Below are positions 38,085 to 47,145 of a stretch of 64,000 bases of DNA, piece after piece (the first letter of the stretch is position 1; every line of letters begins with the position of its first letter). Position numbers and translations under genes: made by a program. The stretch lies in contig DASPJN010000254.1 in NCBI GenBank assembly GCA_035628595.1, forward strand, positions 5,611-69,610, in the 5' to 3' direction. Below the pieces are notes generated by a model. That model was not told the origin of the DNA. It made no database searches and worked only from the letters and a program-made list of their open reading frames with translations. This stretch comes from Chryseosolibacter sp. (GTDB taxonomy: Bacteria > Bacteroidota > Bacteroidia > Cytophagales > Cyclobacteriaceae).

Positions 38085-39296
38085 ATGAAGGAAATCCAGA
38101 TCGGCATTATTCGCGAAGGTAAGATGCCACCCGATAAACGCGTTCCGTTTACACCACTGCAGGCAGAAGAAATTCAACAACGTTTCCCGGAAGTAAAGGT
38201 AATTTGTCAGGAAAGTGAGATCCGTTGTTTTCGGGATGATGAATATCGGCAGCTGGACGTCGCAGTTCAGAAAGATGTCACTGGTTGTGAAATCCTCATG
38301 GGTATAAAAGAGGTCCCCATCGAGCAGCTTGTACCGCAAAAGACATACTTGTTTTTTTCACATACGATAAAAAAGCAGCCGTATAACAAAAAATTGCTGC
38401 AAGCGATACTCCGGCGCAATATCCGGATGATCGATTACGAAGCATTAAAAGATAAACAAGGAAATAGACTTGTTGCGTTTGGCAGATTTGCTGGAATTGT
38501 AGGCGCTTACAATGGCCTTTGGACATACGGAAAGAGGTTTAGTGCTTTTTCGCTTCGCAGGGCACACGAATGCTTTGATGTTAACGATCTGAAGCTGGAG
38601 CTTCGAAAAGTTAAGCTTCCCGCAGTAAAGATTATTCTTACTGGCGCAGGCAGAGTCGGACGTGGATCGATGGAAACGCTTGATACCGCTGGTATCAGAA
38701 AGGTAAGTCCCGAAGATTTTTTGAATAAACACTTCGACGAACCTATATACGTTCAACTCAGCAGTGGCGACTATCATAAAAGGAAAGAAGGTGGGCACTT
38801 TAACAGAGAGGAATTTCACCGTAATCCTGAGCGTTATGTTTCATTTTTTACAGAATATGCGAAAGTTGCCGATATACTGATGGCGGGCGCGTATTGGAAT
38901 CCTAAAGCACCGGTTCTGTTCACGCGCGATGACATGATGAAAGAATGGTTCAAAATCAAAATCATTGCGGACATCACCTGCGATATTGATGGCTCGATTC
39001 CGAGTACTAAAAAAGCAACTACAATTCCTGATCCACTGTACGATTATGATCCAGCGAACGATTCAATTAATCCGCCGCTAAGCAACGACCGTTTCATTTC
39101 TGTCATGTCGATTGATAATCTTCCGTGCGAATTGCCACGCAGTGCTTCAGAGGAATTCGGGCGTGATCTCATTGACAGGGTTCTACCGATGCTTCTCGGT
39201 GAAGACCAGGATGAAATAATTGAACGCGCAACAGTTGCCGAAAACGGAAAGCTCACGCGTCATTTTGAGTACCTGAGTGACTACGTTGCAGGATAA
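38085..39296 (+). CDS. Alanine dehydrogenase/PNT-family protein (lysine-ketoglutarate reductase / saccharopine dehydrogenase-like)
   Basis: IGIIREGKMPPDKRVPFTP N-terminus and ILTGAGRVGRGSMETL Rossmann motif. 403 aa. Confidence 0.65.
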   Translation: MKEIQIGIIREGKMPPDKRVPFTPLQAEEIQQRFPEVKVICQESEIRCFRDDEYRQLDVAVQKDVTGCEILMGIKEVPIEQLVPQKTYLFFSHTIKKQPYNKKLLQAILRRNIRMIDYEALKDKQGNRLVAFGRFAGIVGAYNGLWTYGKRFSAFSLRRAHECFDVNDLKLELRKVKLPAVKIILTGAGRVGRGSMETLDTAGIRKVSPEDFLNKHFDEPIYVQLSSGDYHKRKEGGHFNREEFHRNPERYVSFFTEYAKVADILMAGAYWNPKAPVLFTRDDMMKEWFKIKIIADITCDIDGSIPSTKKATTIPDPLYDYDPANDSINPPLSNDRFISVMSIDNLPCELPRSASEEFGRDLIDRVLPMLLGEDQDEIIERATVAENGKLTRHFEYLSDYVAG

Positions 39297-39298
39297 CG

Positions 39299-39763
39299 AT
39301 GGATATCGATCCTGCAATTAAAATCAGGTTAGTTGACGCGTGTCGAAAGTATGTGGCCGAGAAGGTTGAACATTTGCAGCAAGCCATACGCGATTTACAA
39401 AACGCTGCCAATGAGGAAACAAAAAGCAGCGCCGGCGATAAATACGAAACAGGTCGGGCAATGGCGCAGTTAGAAATTGAAAAGCTCACTGTCCAACTGC
39501 ATAAAACATTGCCTCTTCATCAGGCCCTTGATAAGGTCGAAACACGGCTTAAGGTGGACGTTATTGATCACGGTTCGGTTGTTTTCACTGACGGCGGGAA
39601 TTACTTTATCGCAATAAGCGCCGGCGTTATTATAGTAAATAATGATTCGTATTTCGCCGTAGGTATCAACGCGCCCATCGCGCTCGCGTTAAGAGGAAAG
39701 AAGACAGGCGATGTTGTTGACTTTAACAAAAAGAAGCTCTTGGTTAAGAACGTAATAAATTGA
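39299..39763 (+). CDS. GreA/GreB C-terminal-domain-like protein (my recollection is that it is often mis-annotated as 3-oxoacyl-ACP synthase)
   Basis: N-terminal helical segment with SSAGDKYETGRAMAQLE. C-terminal GSVVFTDGGNYFIAISAG...PIALALRGKKTGDVVDF resembles the GreA C-domain. Starts 2 nt after the upstream stop. Confidence 0.5.
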   Translation: MDIDPAIKIRLVDACRKYVAEKVEHLQQAIRDLQNAANEETKSSAGDKYETGRAMAQLEIEKLTVQLHKTLPLHQALDKVETRLKVDVIDHGSVVFTDGGNYFIAISAGVIIVNNDSYFAVGINAPIALALRGKKTGDVVDFNKKKLLVKNVIN

Positions 39764-39852
39764 ATGGGAAGATAGCTGCGCATTTTCTCTTGGGGTGCGC
39801 AGGAAAGATGGATGTCATTTTCAAAACCGCATTCAAATACTTTAATTTGACC

Positions 39853-40155
39853 ATGCTATTGTATAATGTAACTGTTGGGGTAGACAAGGATGTGGAGCAG
39901 GATTGGCTCGTATGGATAAAATCACATCATATTCCTGCGGTACTGAACACCGGTCTTTTCGAAAGCAGCAAGGTTTACAAAATTCTTCATGATCAGGAAG
40001 ACGGAACTGTATCTTACAGCATTCAGTTCTTTTCCACACATATCGAAAAGGTTACAGAATATCTGCAGGTGTTTGCGCCGAAATTAATCGAAGACCATCG
40101 GCAACAATTCGCTAATAAACATGTCGTGTTTCAGACGTTGCTTGAAGAAGTTTGA
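39853..40155 (+). CDS. DUF4286 family protein
   Basis: Start set at MLLYNVTVGVDKDVEQDWLVWIKSHHIPAVL, the usual DUF4286 N-terminus. About 100 aa. The tracked TTG start at 39760 adds an implausible extension. Confidence 0.6.
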   Translation: MLLYNVTVGVDKDVEQDWLVWIKSHHIPAVLNTGLFESSKVYKILHDQEDGTVSYSIQFFSTHIEKVTEYLQVFAPKLIEDHRQQFANKHVVFQTLLEEV

Positions 40156-40634
40156 TCTTTCGCCAGCAACGTTTTTATTTGATCTGACTCAAGGTGACAG
40201 TTGATCCACTCACCATCTAATTTTGCGCCGTATTTCTTATAAAAATGGATTGCTGGTTCGTTCCAGTCCAACACCTGCCACATCATACCTGAACAATTTT
40301 CGTCCAACGCCTTTTGCATTGTGCGATCGAACAAATGCTTGCCCATACCTTTTCCGCGATAGGATTCGGTAACGATGATGTCTTCAAGGTACAAACGTTT
40401 TCCCTTCCAGGTTGAGTATCTCCAATAGTACAATGAAAGTCCGATAATGACCGAGTTTAACTCCGCGACAAAAAATCCAAAAATTGGGTTTTGACCAAAG
40501 CCATCGTCCTGCATCTTTTCAACCGAGTTGGTCACCTCATCGAGTGCACGTTCGTATGCAGCTAACTCGCGAACAAGTTCGAGCACACGAGGTAAATCAT
40601 CTTTGCGGCCTTCTCGTATACGAATGTCACTCAT
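40131..40634 (-). CDS. GNAT family N-acetyltransferase (diamine acetyltransferase-like)
   Basis: YLEDIIVTESYRGKGMGKHLF acetyl-CoA binding motif. The ATG overlaps the upstream peptidase stop (TAATG). Confidence 0.8.
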   Translation of the reverse strand: MSDIRIREGRKDDLPRVLELVRELAAYERALDEVTNSVEKMQDDGFGQNPIFGFFVAELNSVIIGLSLYYWRYSTWKGKRLYLEDIIVTESYRGKGMGKHLFDRTMQKALDENCSGMMWQVLDWNEPAIHFYKKYGAKLDGEWINCHLESDQIKTLLAKDQTSSSNV

Positions 40635-42772
40635 TACATGTCGTCTTTCGCAAGCGGGGGCGTAACGCCCATGTTATACCACGCAAAGGCGTATTGATCC
40701 GCCGTAACTTCTAATGCTTTTTTCAGGTTGGATGAACCATGCCCCGATTTTGTTTCGATTCGAATCAGTACTGGATTGTCACCTGCGTGATGCTCTTGCA
40801 AAGTTGCTGCAAATTTAAATGAATGCGCAGGCACTACCCGATCATCGTGATCGGCTGTGGTTACCAAAGTCGCCGGATATGCGGTGCCGGGTTTCAACGC
40901 ATGCACTGGCGAATACTTCTTCAGATATTCAAACATCTCTTTTGAGTCTTCAGATGTGCCATAGTCGTAAGCCCATCCGGCTCCGGCTGTGAACTTGTGA
41001 TATCGCAACATATCCAAAACGCCAACTGCAGGAAAAGCAACCTTTGCCAGGTCTGGTCGTTGCGTCATCGTAGTGCCTACTAACAATCCCCCGTTGGATC
41101 CACCGGCAATCGCCAGATATTGACTTGAAGTGTAATTCTCTTTAATCAGGTACTCGCCAGCTGCGATAAAATCATCGAAGACATTTTGCTTGTTCATTTT
41201 TGTCCCAGCCACGTGCCACTTTTCGCCATACTCTCCTCCACCACGCAGGTTTGGCTGTGCATAGATTCCACCATTCTCAAGCCACACGATTCTTGCTGTG
41301 CTGAACGAGGGTGTAAGACTTACATTAAATCCACCATACGCATAGAGCCATGTCGGGTTTTTGCCATTCATCTCGAGACCTTTTTTATGAACGATAAACA
41401 TCGGCACTTTTGTACCATCCTTACTTTCGTAAAAGACCTGCTTCGTCTCGTAATCTTCCGGGTTAAAATCAACTGCCGGTTTTTGATAAAGTTCCGATTT
41501 TCCGGAAGCGATATCATATCTGAATATTGTTGTAGGATAAGTGAATGAAGTAAATGAATAGAAGATTTCTTTGTCGTCCTGTTTGCCCTTAAACCCGCCC
41601 GCACTTCCAATTCCTGGCAATTCAATGACGCGTTCCATCTTTCCGTTCATGTCATATTGTTTCACCTGCGTTTTTACATCCACCATGTACTCTGTAAAGA
41701 TCTTTTTTCCGGCGGTGCCCGCGCTCATTACACTTTCTGTTTCGGCAATGAGATCCTTCCAGTTGCTAGGCACTGGATTGGATATATCAGTGACGACAAT
41801 TTTATTATTAGGCGCATTCAGATTGGTATGAATGAACAGCTTGCTGCCTTCATTTTCCATCACGTAATGATCATTATCAAAGTTGTTGATGATCTGAACG
41901 AGCTTGCCATTAGGATCATTTAAGTCCTGGATGTAAAGTTCATTTCCTGTTGTGCTGGTTGCTGCCGTGATCACAAGGAACCTTTCATCTTCTGTAAGAT
42001 ATGCTCCGATGTATCGTCGCGGTGTCTGCTCACCTCCGAAGACTAACTTGTCATCCTTTTGAGGGCTGCCCAGCTTGTGATAGTATACTTTGTGGTATTG
42101 CGTTTTTGCCGAGAGTTCGCTTCCCTTTGGCTTATCGTAGCTGCTATAGTAAAAGCCGTCATTCCCTTTCCAGGCGATCCCACTGAATTTAATATCGACC
42201 AGCGAGTCCTCAACAATGCTCTTGTCAGCGGTTCGCATAATGATTCCCTTCCGCCAGTCCGACCCGCCTTCGGTAATTAGATGGGCTGAAAGCGATCCAT
42301 CTTTTGTAAACCAGATTCCGGCAAGACCGGTAGTTCCATCTTTCGAAAATGTATTAGGATCAAGATAAACCTCCGGCGTTCCATCAAGACCCTTCTTTCT
42401 GAATAGCACACTGTGATTCTGCAGCCCGTCGTTCTTGTAGAAGTAATAATATTCACCTTCTTTAAATGGCGCGCTTAGACGTTCATAGTTAAAAACCTTT
42501 TCAAGTCGCTGTTGGATTTTTTCCTTGAACTGGATATTATCAAGATAAGCGCTTGTTACTTGATTCTGTGCAGTTACCCACTCCGCCGTTGCAGTCGAGG
42601 TATCATTTTCAAGCCACCGGTACGGGTCCGCTACCTTCTCCCCAAAATACACGTCTACCGTGTCGACTTTTTTAGTTACGGGATAACCTGACATACTCGT
42701 TTCTTTTCCTGGTGTACATGCACCTGTGACTAGTGTAACTGCAATGAGTGTAACAAGCAGATTTGATTTCAT
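40634..42772 (-). CDS. Prolyl oligopeptidase (S9A family), lipoprotein
   Basis: DPYRWLE, beta-propeller region, catalytic GGSNGGLL, DDRV and GHG motifs. Start set at MKSNLLVTLIAVTLVTGAC. Confidence 0.9.
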   Translation of the reverse strand: MKSNLLVTLIAVTLVTGACTPGKETSMSGYPVTKKVDTVDVYFGEKVADPYRWLENDTSTATAEWVTAQNQVTSAYLDNIQFKEKIQQRLEKVFNYERLSAPFKEGEYYYFYKNDGLQNHSVLFRKKGLDGTPEVYLDPNTFSKDGTTGLAGIWFTKDGSLSAHLITEGGSDWRKGIIMRTADKSIVEDSLVDIKFSGIAWKGNDGFYYSSYDKPKGSELSAKTQYHKVYYHKLGSPQKDDKLVFGGEQTPRRYIGAYLTEDERFLVITAATSTTGNELYIQDLNDPNGKLVQIINNFDNDHYVMENEGSKLFIHTNLNAPNNKIVVTDISNPVPSNWKDLIAETESVMSAGTAGKKIFTEYMVDVKTQVKQYDMNGKMERVIELPGIGSAGGFKGKQDDKEIFYSFTSFTYPTTIFRYDIASGKSELYQKPAVDFNPEDYETKQVFYESKDGTKVPMFIVHKKGLEMNGKNPTWLYAYGGFNVSLTPSFSTARIVWLENGGIYAQPNLRGGGEYGEKWHVAGTKMNKQNVFDDFIAAGEYLIKENYTSSQYLAIAGGSNGGLLVGTTMTQRPDLAKVAFPAVGVLDMLRYHKFTAGAGWAYDYGTSEDSKEMFEYLKKYSPVHALKPGTAYPATLVTTADHDDRVVPAHSFKFAATLQEHHAGDNPVLIRIETKSGHGSSNLKKALEVTADQYAFAWYNMGVTPPLAKDDM

Positions 42773-42871
42773 GTGACCTAATTTTGTTCGAATAAAATTA
42801 AATGCGCTGTGACTTTGCAACGATACTTTGATGGATGGTTGTTCTTGAATTTATCGTGTTCATTAATCGTC

Positions 42872-44146
42872 TCAATCAATCAATTCAAAGCCTGTATAAG
42901 GGATAAGTATTTTTGGAATGGCAATACCCTTACTTGTCTGATTGTTTTCAAGCAACGCAGCAACGATTCGCGGCAACGCAAGGGCGCTCCCGTTTAGCGT
43001 GTGCAACAATTGCGTCTTACCTTCTTTATTCTTGTATCGCAGCTTCAATCGATTTGCCTGAAAAGTTTCAAAGTTACTTACAGAGCTTACTTCCAGCCAG
43101 CGCTGCTGCGCTCCCGCATAAACTTCCATGTCGAATGTCATCGCAGAGTTAAAGCCCATGTCTCCTCCACATAGCAAAAGCTTGCGGTAAGGTAGCTCAA
43201 GTTTTTCAAGAAGACTTTGCACGTATGCACACATCTCTTCCAGCGCAGCGTATGACTCTTCGGCCTTCCGTATTTGGACGACTTCAACTTTGTCGAACTG
43301 GTGCAGCCTGTTCAGGCCCCGCACGTGCGCACCCCAGCTACCAGCCTCACGACGAAAACATGGTGTGTATCCCGCGTTTTTGACCGGTAGTTGGTCCTCC
43401 GTCAGCATCACGTCGCGGTACAAATTTGTAATGGGAACTTCAGCCGTTGGAATGAGGTAAAGATTATCAGCAGTTGCGTGATACATTTGGCCTTCCTTAT
43501 CCGGGAGTTGGCCGGTGCCGTATCCTGAAGCTTCATTCACGACAATGGGCGGTTGAATTTCGCGATATCCCTCGCGTGCCGCTTCATCCAGAAAAAAGTT
43601 GATCAGTGCACGCTGCAGTCTCGCACCTTTGCCTTTGTACACCGGGAAACCCGCACCTGCAATCTTGTTTCCCAGGTCGAAATCTATGATGTCGTATTTT
43701 TTTATCAGATCCCAATGCGGTAGCGCATCCGCGGAAAGTGTTGGCATCTTTCCCCATTCATGAACATTCTCGTTTTCTTCCGGTCCACTTCCAACAGGAA
43801 CGCGCTCGTGAGGCGCATTTGGAATGAGGTAAAGTAATTTCTGCAATTCTTCTTCTGTCGCTGTCAACCTTGGTCCCAATTCAGTGATCGCTTTCTTGAT
43901 CTCAGCAGTTTTCGTCTTCATCGTTTCAGCTTCAGTTTTCTGTCCTGCTTTCATCAAGGCTCCGATTTCCTTCGCCAGTGCATTCGATTCGGCAAGAAGA
44001 CCATCCTGTTGCTGTTGAATGCTCCTGCGTTTTTGATCCAGCGACAATATCGCGTCCAGCGATTCCTCAATGTTCTTTAAACGCCTTTTTTCGAGACGCT
44101 TGATGATCTGTTGTTTTTCTTCGCGTATTACGGAAACCTGAAGCAT
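42872..44146 (-). CDS. serS: Serine--tRNA ligase
   Basis: Coiled-coil N-arm plus class II motifs (FRREAGSWG, TLNGSALALPR). Confidence 0.95.
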   Translation of the reverse strand: MLQVSVIREEKQQIIKRLEKRRLKNIEESLDAILSLDQKRRSIQQQQDGLLAESNALAKEIGALMKAGQKTEAETMKTKTAEIKKAITELGPRLTATEEELQKLLYLIPNAPHERVPVGSGPEENENVHEWGKMPTLSADALPHWDLIKKYDIIDFDLGNKIAGAGFPVYKGKGARLQRALINFFLDEAAREGYREIQPPIVVNEASGYGTGQLPDKEGQMYHATADNLYLIPTAEVPITNLYRDVMLTEDQLPVKNAGYTPCFRREAGSWGAHVRGLNRLHQFDKVEVVQIRKAEESYAALEEMCAYVQSLLEKLELPYRKLLLCGGDMGFNSAMTFDMEVYAGAQQRWLEVSSVSNFETFQANRLKLRYKNKEGKTQLLHTLNGSALALPRIVAALLENNQTSKGIAIPKILIPYTGFELID

Positions 44147-44378
44147 GCTTAAAGTGTTTATTTCACGGCATCAAAATTATATGTTTTGTATTGCCAGAGC
44201 CGGTGAGGCGAATAAAATGTTTGCGAACATTTGATTATGTTATTTTTTAACATATACTTGCATCATCATACGGCTTTATCTCAAGCCCTCTGACAAATAA
44301 ATCCGGTATTTTGCTTTCGAACTTTTGACTTCAGGACAATCTGTGTTGATGACCTTAGTTCCAGACTTTTTCTGATTG

Positions 44379-44429
44379 ATTAACTCACACAACAAACATT
44401 ATCACCTAAACACATCATTTTAAATTAAC
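44379..44429 (+). promoter_or_regulatory. G-free, C-containing leader segment immediately upstream of rho (candidate rut-like autoregulatory site)
   Basis: 51 consecutive nt without a single G (TAACTCACACAACAAACATTATCACCTAAACACATCATTTTAAATTAACA), containing about 13 C. Confidence 0.35.
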
Positions 44430-46013
44430 ATGTACACGATTGATGATCTGAACGTCAGGCTTCTTTCCGAATTGAAAGAAATTGCCGAGGGGATGGGCGT
44501 AAAAAATGCCAAGAAACTAGCCAAACAAGACCTTATCTATAAAATCCTCGATGAACAAGCTGTTTCCGGTGGCGGTGAGTCTGCAGCAAAGAAACCAGCG
44601 GCGGTGGAAGCAGAGCCCGAGCGCAAAATGCGTCCAAGGCGACGCGAAAATGTAACAAGCGCACCGAAAGCTGAAGAAACGCAGAGCGAGGAATCATTCG
44701 AATCAATCAGCCTCGATTTCGACGCGCCAAAATTTGAAGAAAAAGAATTTGAAAATAAGAATGTAAGCGATGAAGGTTTCGCTCAACCGGCTCGTCAGGA
44801 GCGGGAGGAGGGAGAAGTGCGTGAGCAGCGTGAGCGTCGCGACCACAATCGCGAACGTGAGGAAAGACCTCAGCAGCCGCGTCCCAACATTCGTGATTTC
44901 GATGGTGCTATCAGCAACGAAGGCGCGCTGGAAATCATGCAGGATGGCTATGGATTCCTTCGTTCTTCGGATTACAATTACCTTGCAAGCCCGGATGATA
45001 TTTACGTTTCTCCTTCGCAGATAAAATTGTTCGGTCTGAAGACCGGTGATACAGTAAAAGGATTCATCCGCCCACCGAAGGAAGGTGAAAAGTATTTTGC
45101 ACTCCTGAAAGTTGAGTCAGTAAACGGCAAGACAACAGAAGAGATACGTGATCGCGTAGCGTTCGAATATCTGACACCCCTCTTCCCGGACGAAAAGCTG
45201 AGATTAAGCACCACGCCGGATAACATGTCAACGCGAATTCTTGATTTGTTCGCGCCAATAGGTAAGGGTCAGCGTGGTATGATCGTCGCGCAGCCTAAGA
45301 CTGGTAAAACGGTTTTGTTGAAGCAGATCGCAAACGCCATTGCTGAAAATCATCCGGAAGTTTATTTGATCGTTTTATTGATCGATGAACGTCCTGAAGA
45401 GGTAACAGACATGGCTCGGAGTGTAAAAGCTGAAGTTGTTGCTTCTACATTTGATGAGCAGGCTGAGCGCCACGTGAAAGTGTCTTCAATTGTTCTCGAA
45501 AAGGCGAAGCGCATGGTTGAATGCGGTCACGATGTTGTTATCCTGCTGGATTCAATCACACGTTTAGCGCGCGCATACAATACCGTTGTTCCATCGTCAG
45601 GAAAGATCCTTTCTGGTGGTGTGGATGCGAATGCGCTTCATAAACCGAAGCGGTTCTTCGGTGCTGCACGCAACGTTGAGGGCGGCGGATCTCTTACAAT
45701 TATTGCGACAGCATTGATTGATACAGGATCAAAAATGGATGAAGTGATCTTTGAGGAATTCAAGGGAACCGGTAACATGGAATTACAGCTCGACAGGAAA
45801 CTTGCGAACAAGCGTGTTTACCCTGCGATCGATGTTCCTGCATCAGGTACGCGCCGGGAAGATCTGTTAATGAGAGAAGACGAGCTTCAGCGCGTTTGGA
45901 TTCTTCGCAAATACATGAGTGATATGAATTCAAATGAAGCGATGGAATTCCTATTGCAAAAAATGAAAGGCACAAGGAATAACGATGAGTTTCTTATGTC
46001 AATGAATGGGTAA
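44430..46013 (+). CDS. rho: Transcription termination factor Rho with extended charged insertion
   Basis: Rho_N ([13 protein letters not shown]), CSD (GYGFLR), Walker [19 protein letters not shown] and [26 protein letters not shown]. Confidence 0.95.
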   Translation: MYTIDDLNVRLLSELKEIAEGMGVKNAKKLAKQDLIYKILDEQAVSGGGESAAKKPAAVEAEPERKMRPRRRENVTSAPKAEETQSEESFESISLDFDAPKFEEKEFENKNVSDEGFAQPARQEREEGEVREQRERRDHNREREERPQQPRPNIRDFDGAISNEGALEIMQDGYGFLRSSDYNYLASPDDIYVSPSQIKLFGLKTGDTVKGFIRPPKEGEKYFALLKVESVNGKTTEEIRDRVAFEYLTPLFPDEKLRLSTTPDNMSTRILDLFAPIGKGQRGMIVAQPKTGKTVLLKQIANAIAENHPEVYLIVLLIDERPEEVTDMARSVKAEVVASTFDEQAERHVKVSSIVLEKAKRMVECGHDVVILLDSITRLARAYNTVVPSSGKILSGGVDANALHKPKRFFGAARNVEGGGSLTIIATALIDTGSKMDEVIFEEFKGTGNMELQLDRKLANKRVYPAIDVPASGTRREDLLMREDELQRVWILRKYMSDMNSNEAMEFLLQKMKGTRNNDEFLMSMNG

Positions 46014-46036
46014 CCGTCTTTTCGGTTTCAGATATA

Positions 46037-46063
46037 GAGCGCATCGAAAGGTGCGCTTTTTTT
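46037..46063 (+). terminator. Rho-independent terminator after rho
   Basis: AGCGCA-tcgaaagg-TGCGCT hairpin followed by a T8 run. Confidence 0.65.
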
Positions 46064-46067
46064 TCGC

Positions 46068-47135
46068 CTATCGCTTTCTGACCTTATAATTGAGTTCTTG
46101 TTGAAATGTCTGATCACCAATGGTGATCTTGTATGTCGTTACGCCCTGCGCCACATAATCGGTGAGGTCTAACACGAGGGTATTCTTCCCTTTTACAGCG
46201 CGTCGTGTCGTTGTAAATAATTGCTTTTCATTTGACTCGTCGAGCACTTTCACTTGTAGCATGCCTGTCTTGGGAGATGTATACGGAATCACGGCCCGCC
46301 GCGTCTGAACAGCATCTGATCGTTCTTCTGATCGATAGAAAAAATGTTCGCGCGCAAGGAGGACCATCTCATTTGTGGACTCGTGTCCATAAATCGAATA
46401 TGCGTATTGCCCTTCCTTTCGCAAAGTGTCCTGGTGTAAATAATCGACCTCCGTTTGCCCGTAAGCGTTTCGAATTAGGGGCATGGTGACGAGATGTTCC
46501 GCGGATTTTTCTTTGTCTAGCTTTCGGTAAATAGAAAACTTACTGACTTTGTAAACAAGAGAATCAGGTATGCTCCACTCAACCGCGACGATTGAATCCT
46601 GTTGTTGGCGCACCCTGATCGGCATCAGCTTCAGGGCTGTGATCTGAACAGGAATGCCTTTGCTTACATCGCTGAACTGAATAAGAAAATCACATTGATC
46701 ACCAAGAAATCCATCTATGTTAATTAGATATTCGCGGTCTCCTACTAACGAATCGATCCGCACGAACATGTCCGTCTGGTCTGTATACGAAACACACATT
46801 CTTAGCTGATACGAATCAATTTTGCATGGGTCTCCTTCCAATACAACAATTTGAACACCCTGCAGGTTTGCGCATTCCTGTCCTGAAATGTTGATATAAT
46901 AAGTGCCAGTCGACGGTGGAACCACGGTAAACCATTGGTCATTGTGATAAACGAGACATGTACTCGTCAGGCGTTTGTTAATGCAATCCCACTCAACACT
47001 TGCGTTGTTGGTAGACGACTGAAACCAGGGATCGTTTAGCTTCAACGTATGGCGATATTCTATTTCGTTATTGGTAACCTGCGACCAGCCGGCAGTCATA
47101 CTGAGGAGCAAAATTGCAGCAATCAGAAGCCTCAT
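46068..47135 (-). CDS. Secreted hypothetical protein, possible T9SS cargo (C-terminal sorting-domain-like tail)
   Basis: Start set at MRLLIAAILLLSMTAGWSQ (signal peptide), 10 nt after the helicase stop. Cys-containing beta-rich N-domain. Tail LQVKVLDESNEKQLF...KGKNTLVLDLTDYVAQGVTTYKITIGDQTFQQELNYKV resembles Por_Secre_tail. Confidence 0.55.
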   Translation of the reverse strand: MRLLIAAILLLSMTAGWSQVTNNEIEYRHTLKLNDPWFQSSTNNASVEWDCINKRLTSTCLVYHNDQWFTVVPPSTGTYYINISGQECANLQGVQIVVLEGDPCKIDSYQLRMCVSYTDQTDMFVRIDSLVGDREYLINIDGFLGDQCDFLIQFSDVSKGIPVQITALKLMPIRVRQQQDSIVAVEWSIPDSLVYKVSKFSIYRKLDKEKSAEHLVTMPLIRNAYGQTEVDYLHQDTLRKEGQYAYSIYGHESTNEMVLLAREHFFYRSEERSDAVQTRRAVIPYTSPKTGMLQVKVLDESNEKQLFTTTRRAVKGKNTLVLDLTDYVAQGVTTYKITIGDQTFQQELNYKVRKR

Positions 47136-47145
47136 CAGTGACGTA

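Noticed and set aside
37937-38122. 61-aa ORF in the gap before the AlaDH/PNT-like gene.
   Set aside because: It overlaps the downstream gene's promoter box and start, is Q/R-rich, and has no support.
40131-40155. 25-nt convergent overlap of the DUF4286 and GNAT gene 3' ends.
   Set aside because: Short convergent overlaps are common in compact genomes. No hairpin or regulatory signal is evident.
44290-44302. The 13-nt string CTGACAAATAAAT is repeated at 51265-51277, in both cases in intergenic DNA.
   Set aside because: In a 64-kb window, tens of identical 13-mer pairs are expected by chance. The flanks do not extend the match.
44770-44900. Repetitive GAG/CGT/GAA-rich DNA that could be mistaken for a tandem repeat.
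   Set aside because: It is in frame within rho and encodes the E/R-rich insertion. There is no fixed repeat unit or spacer structure.
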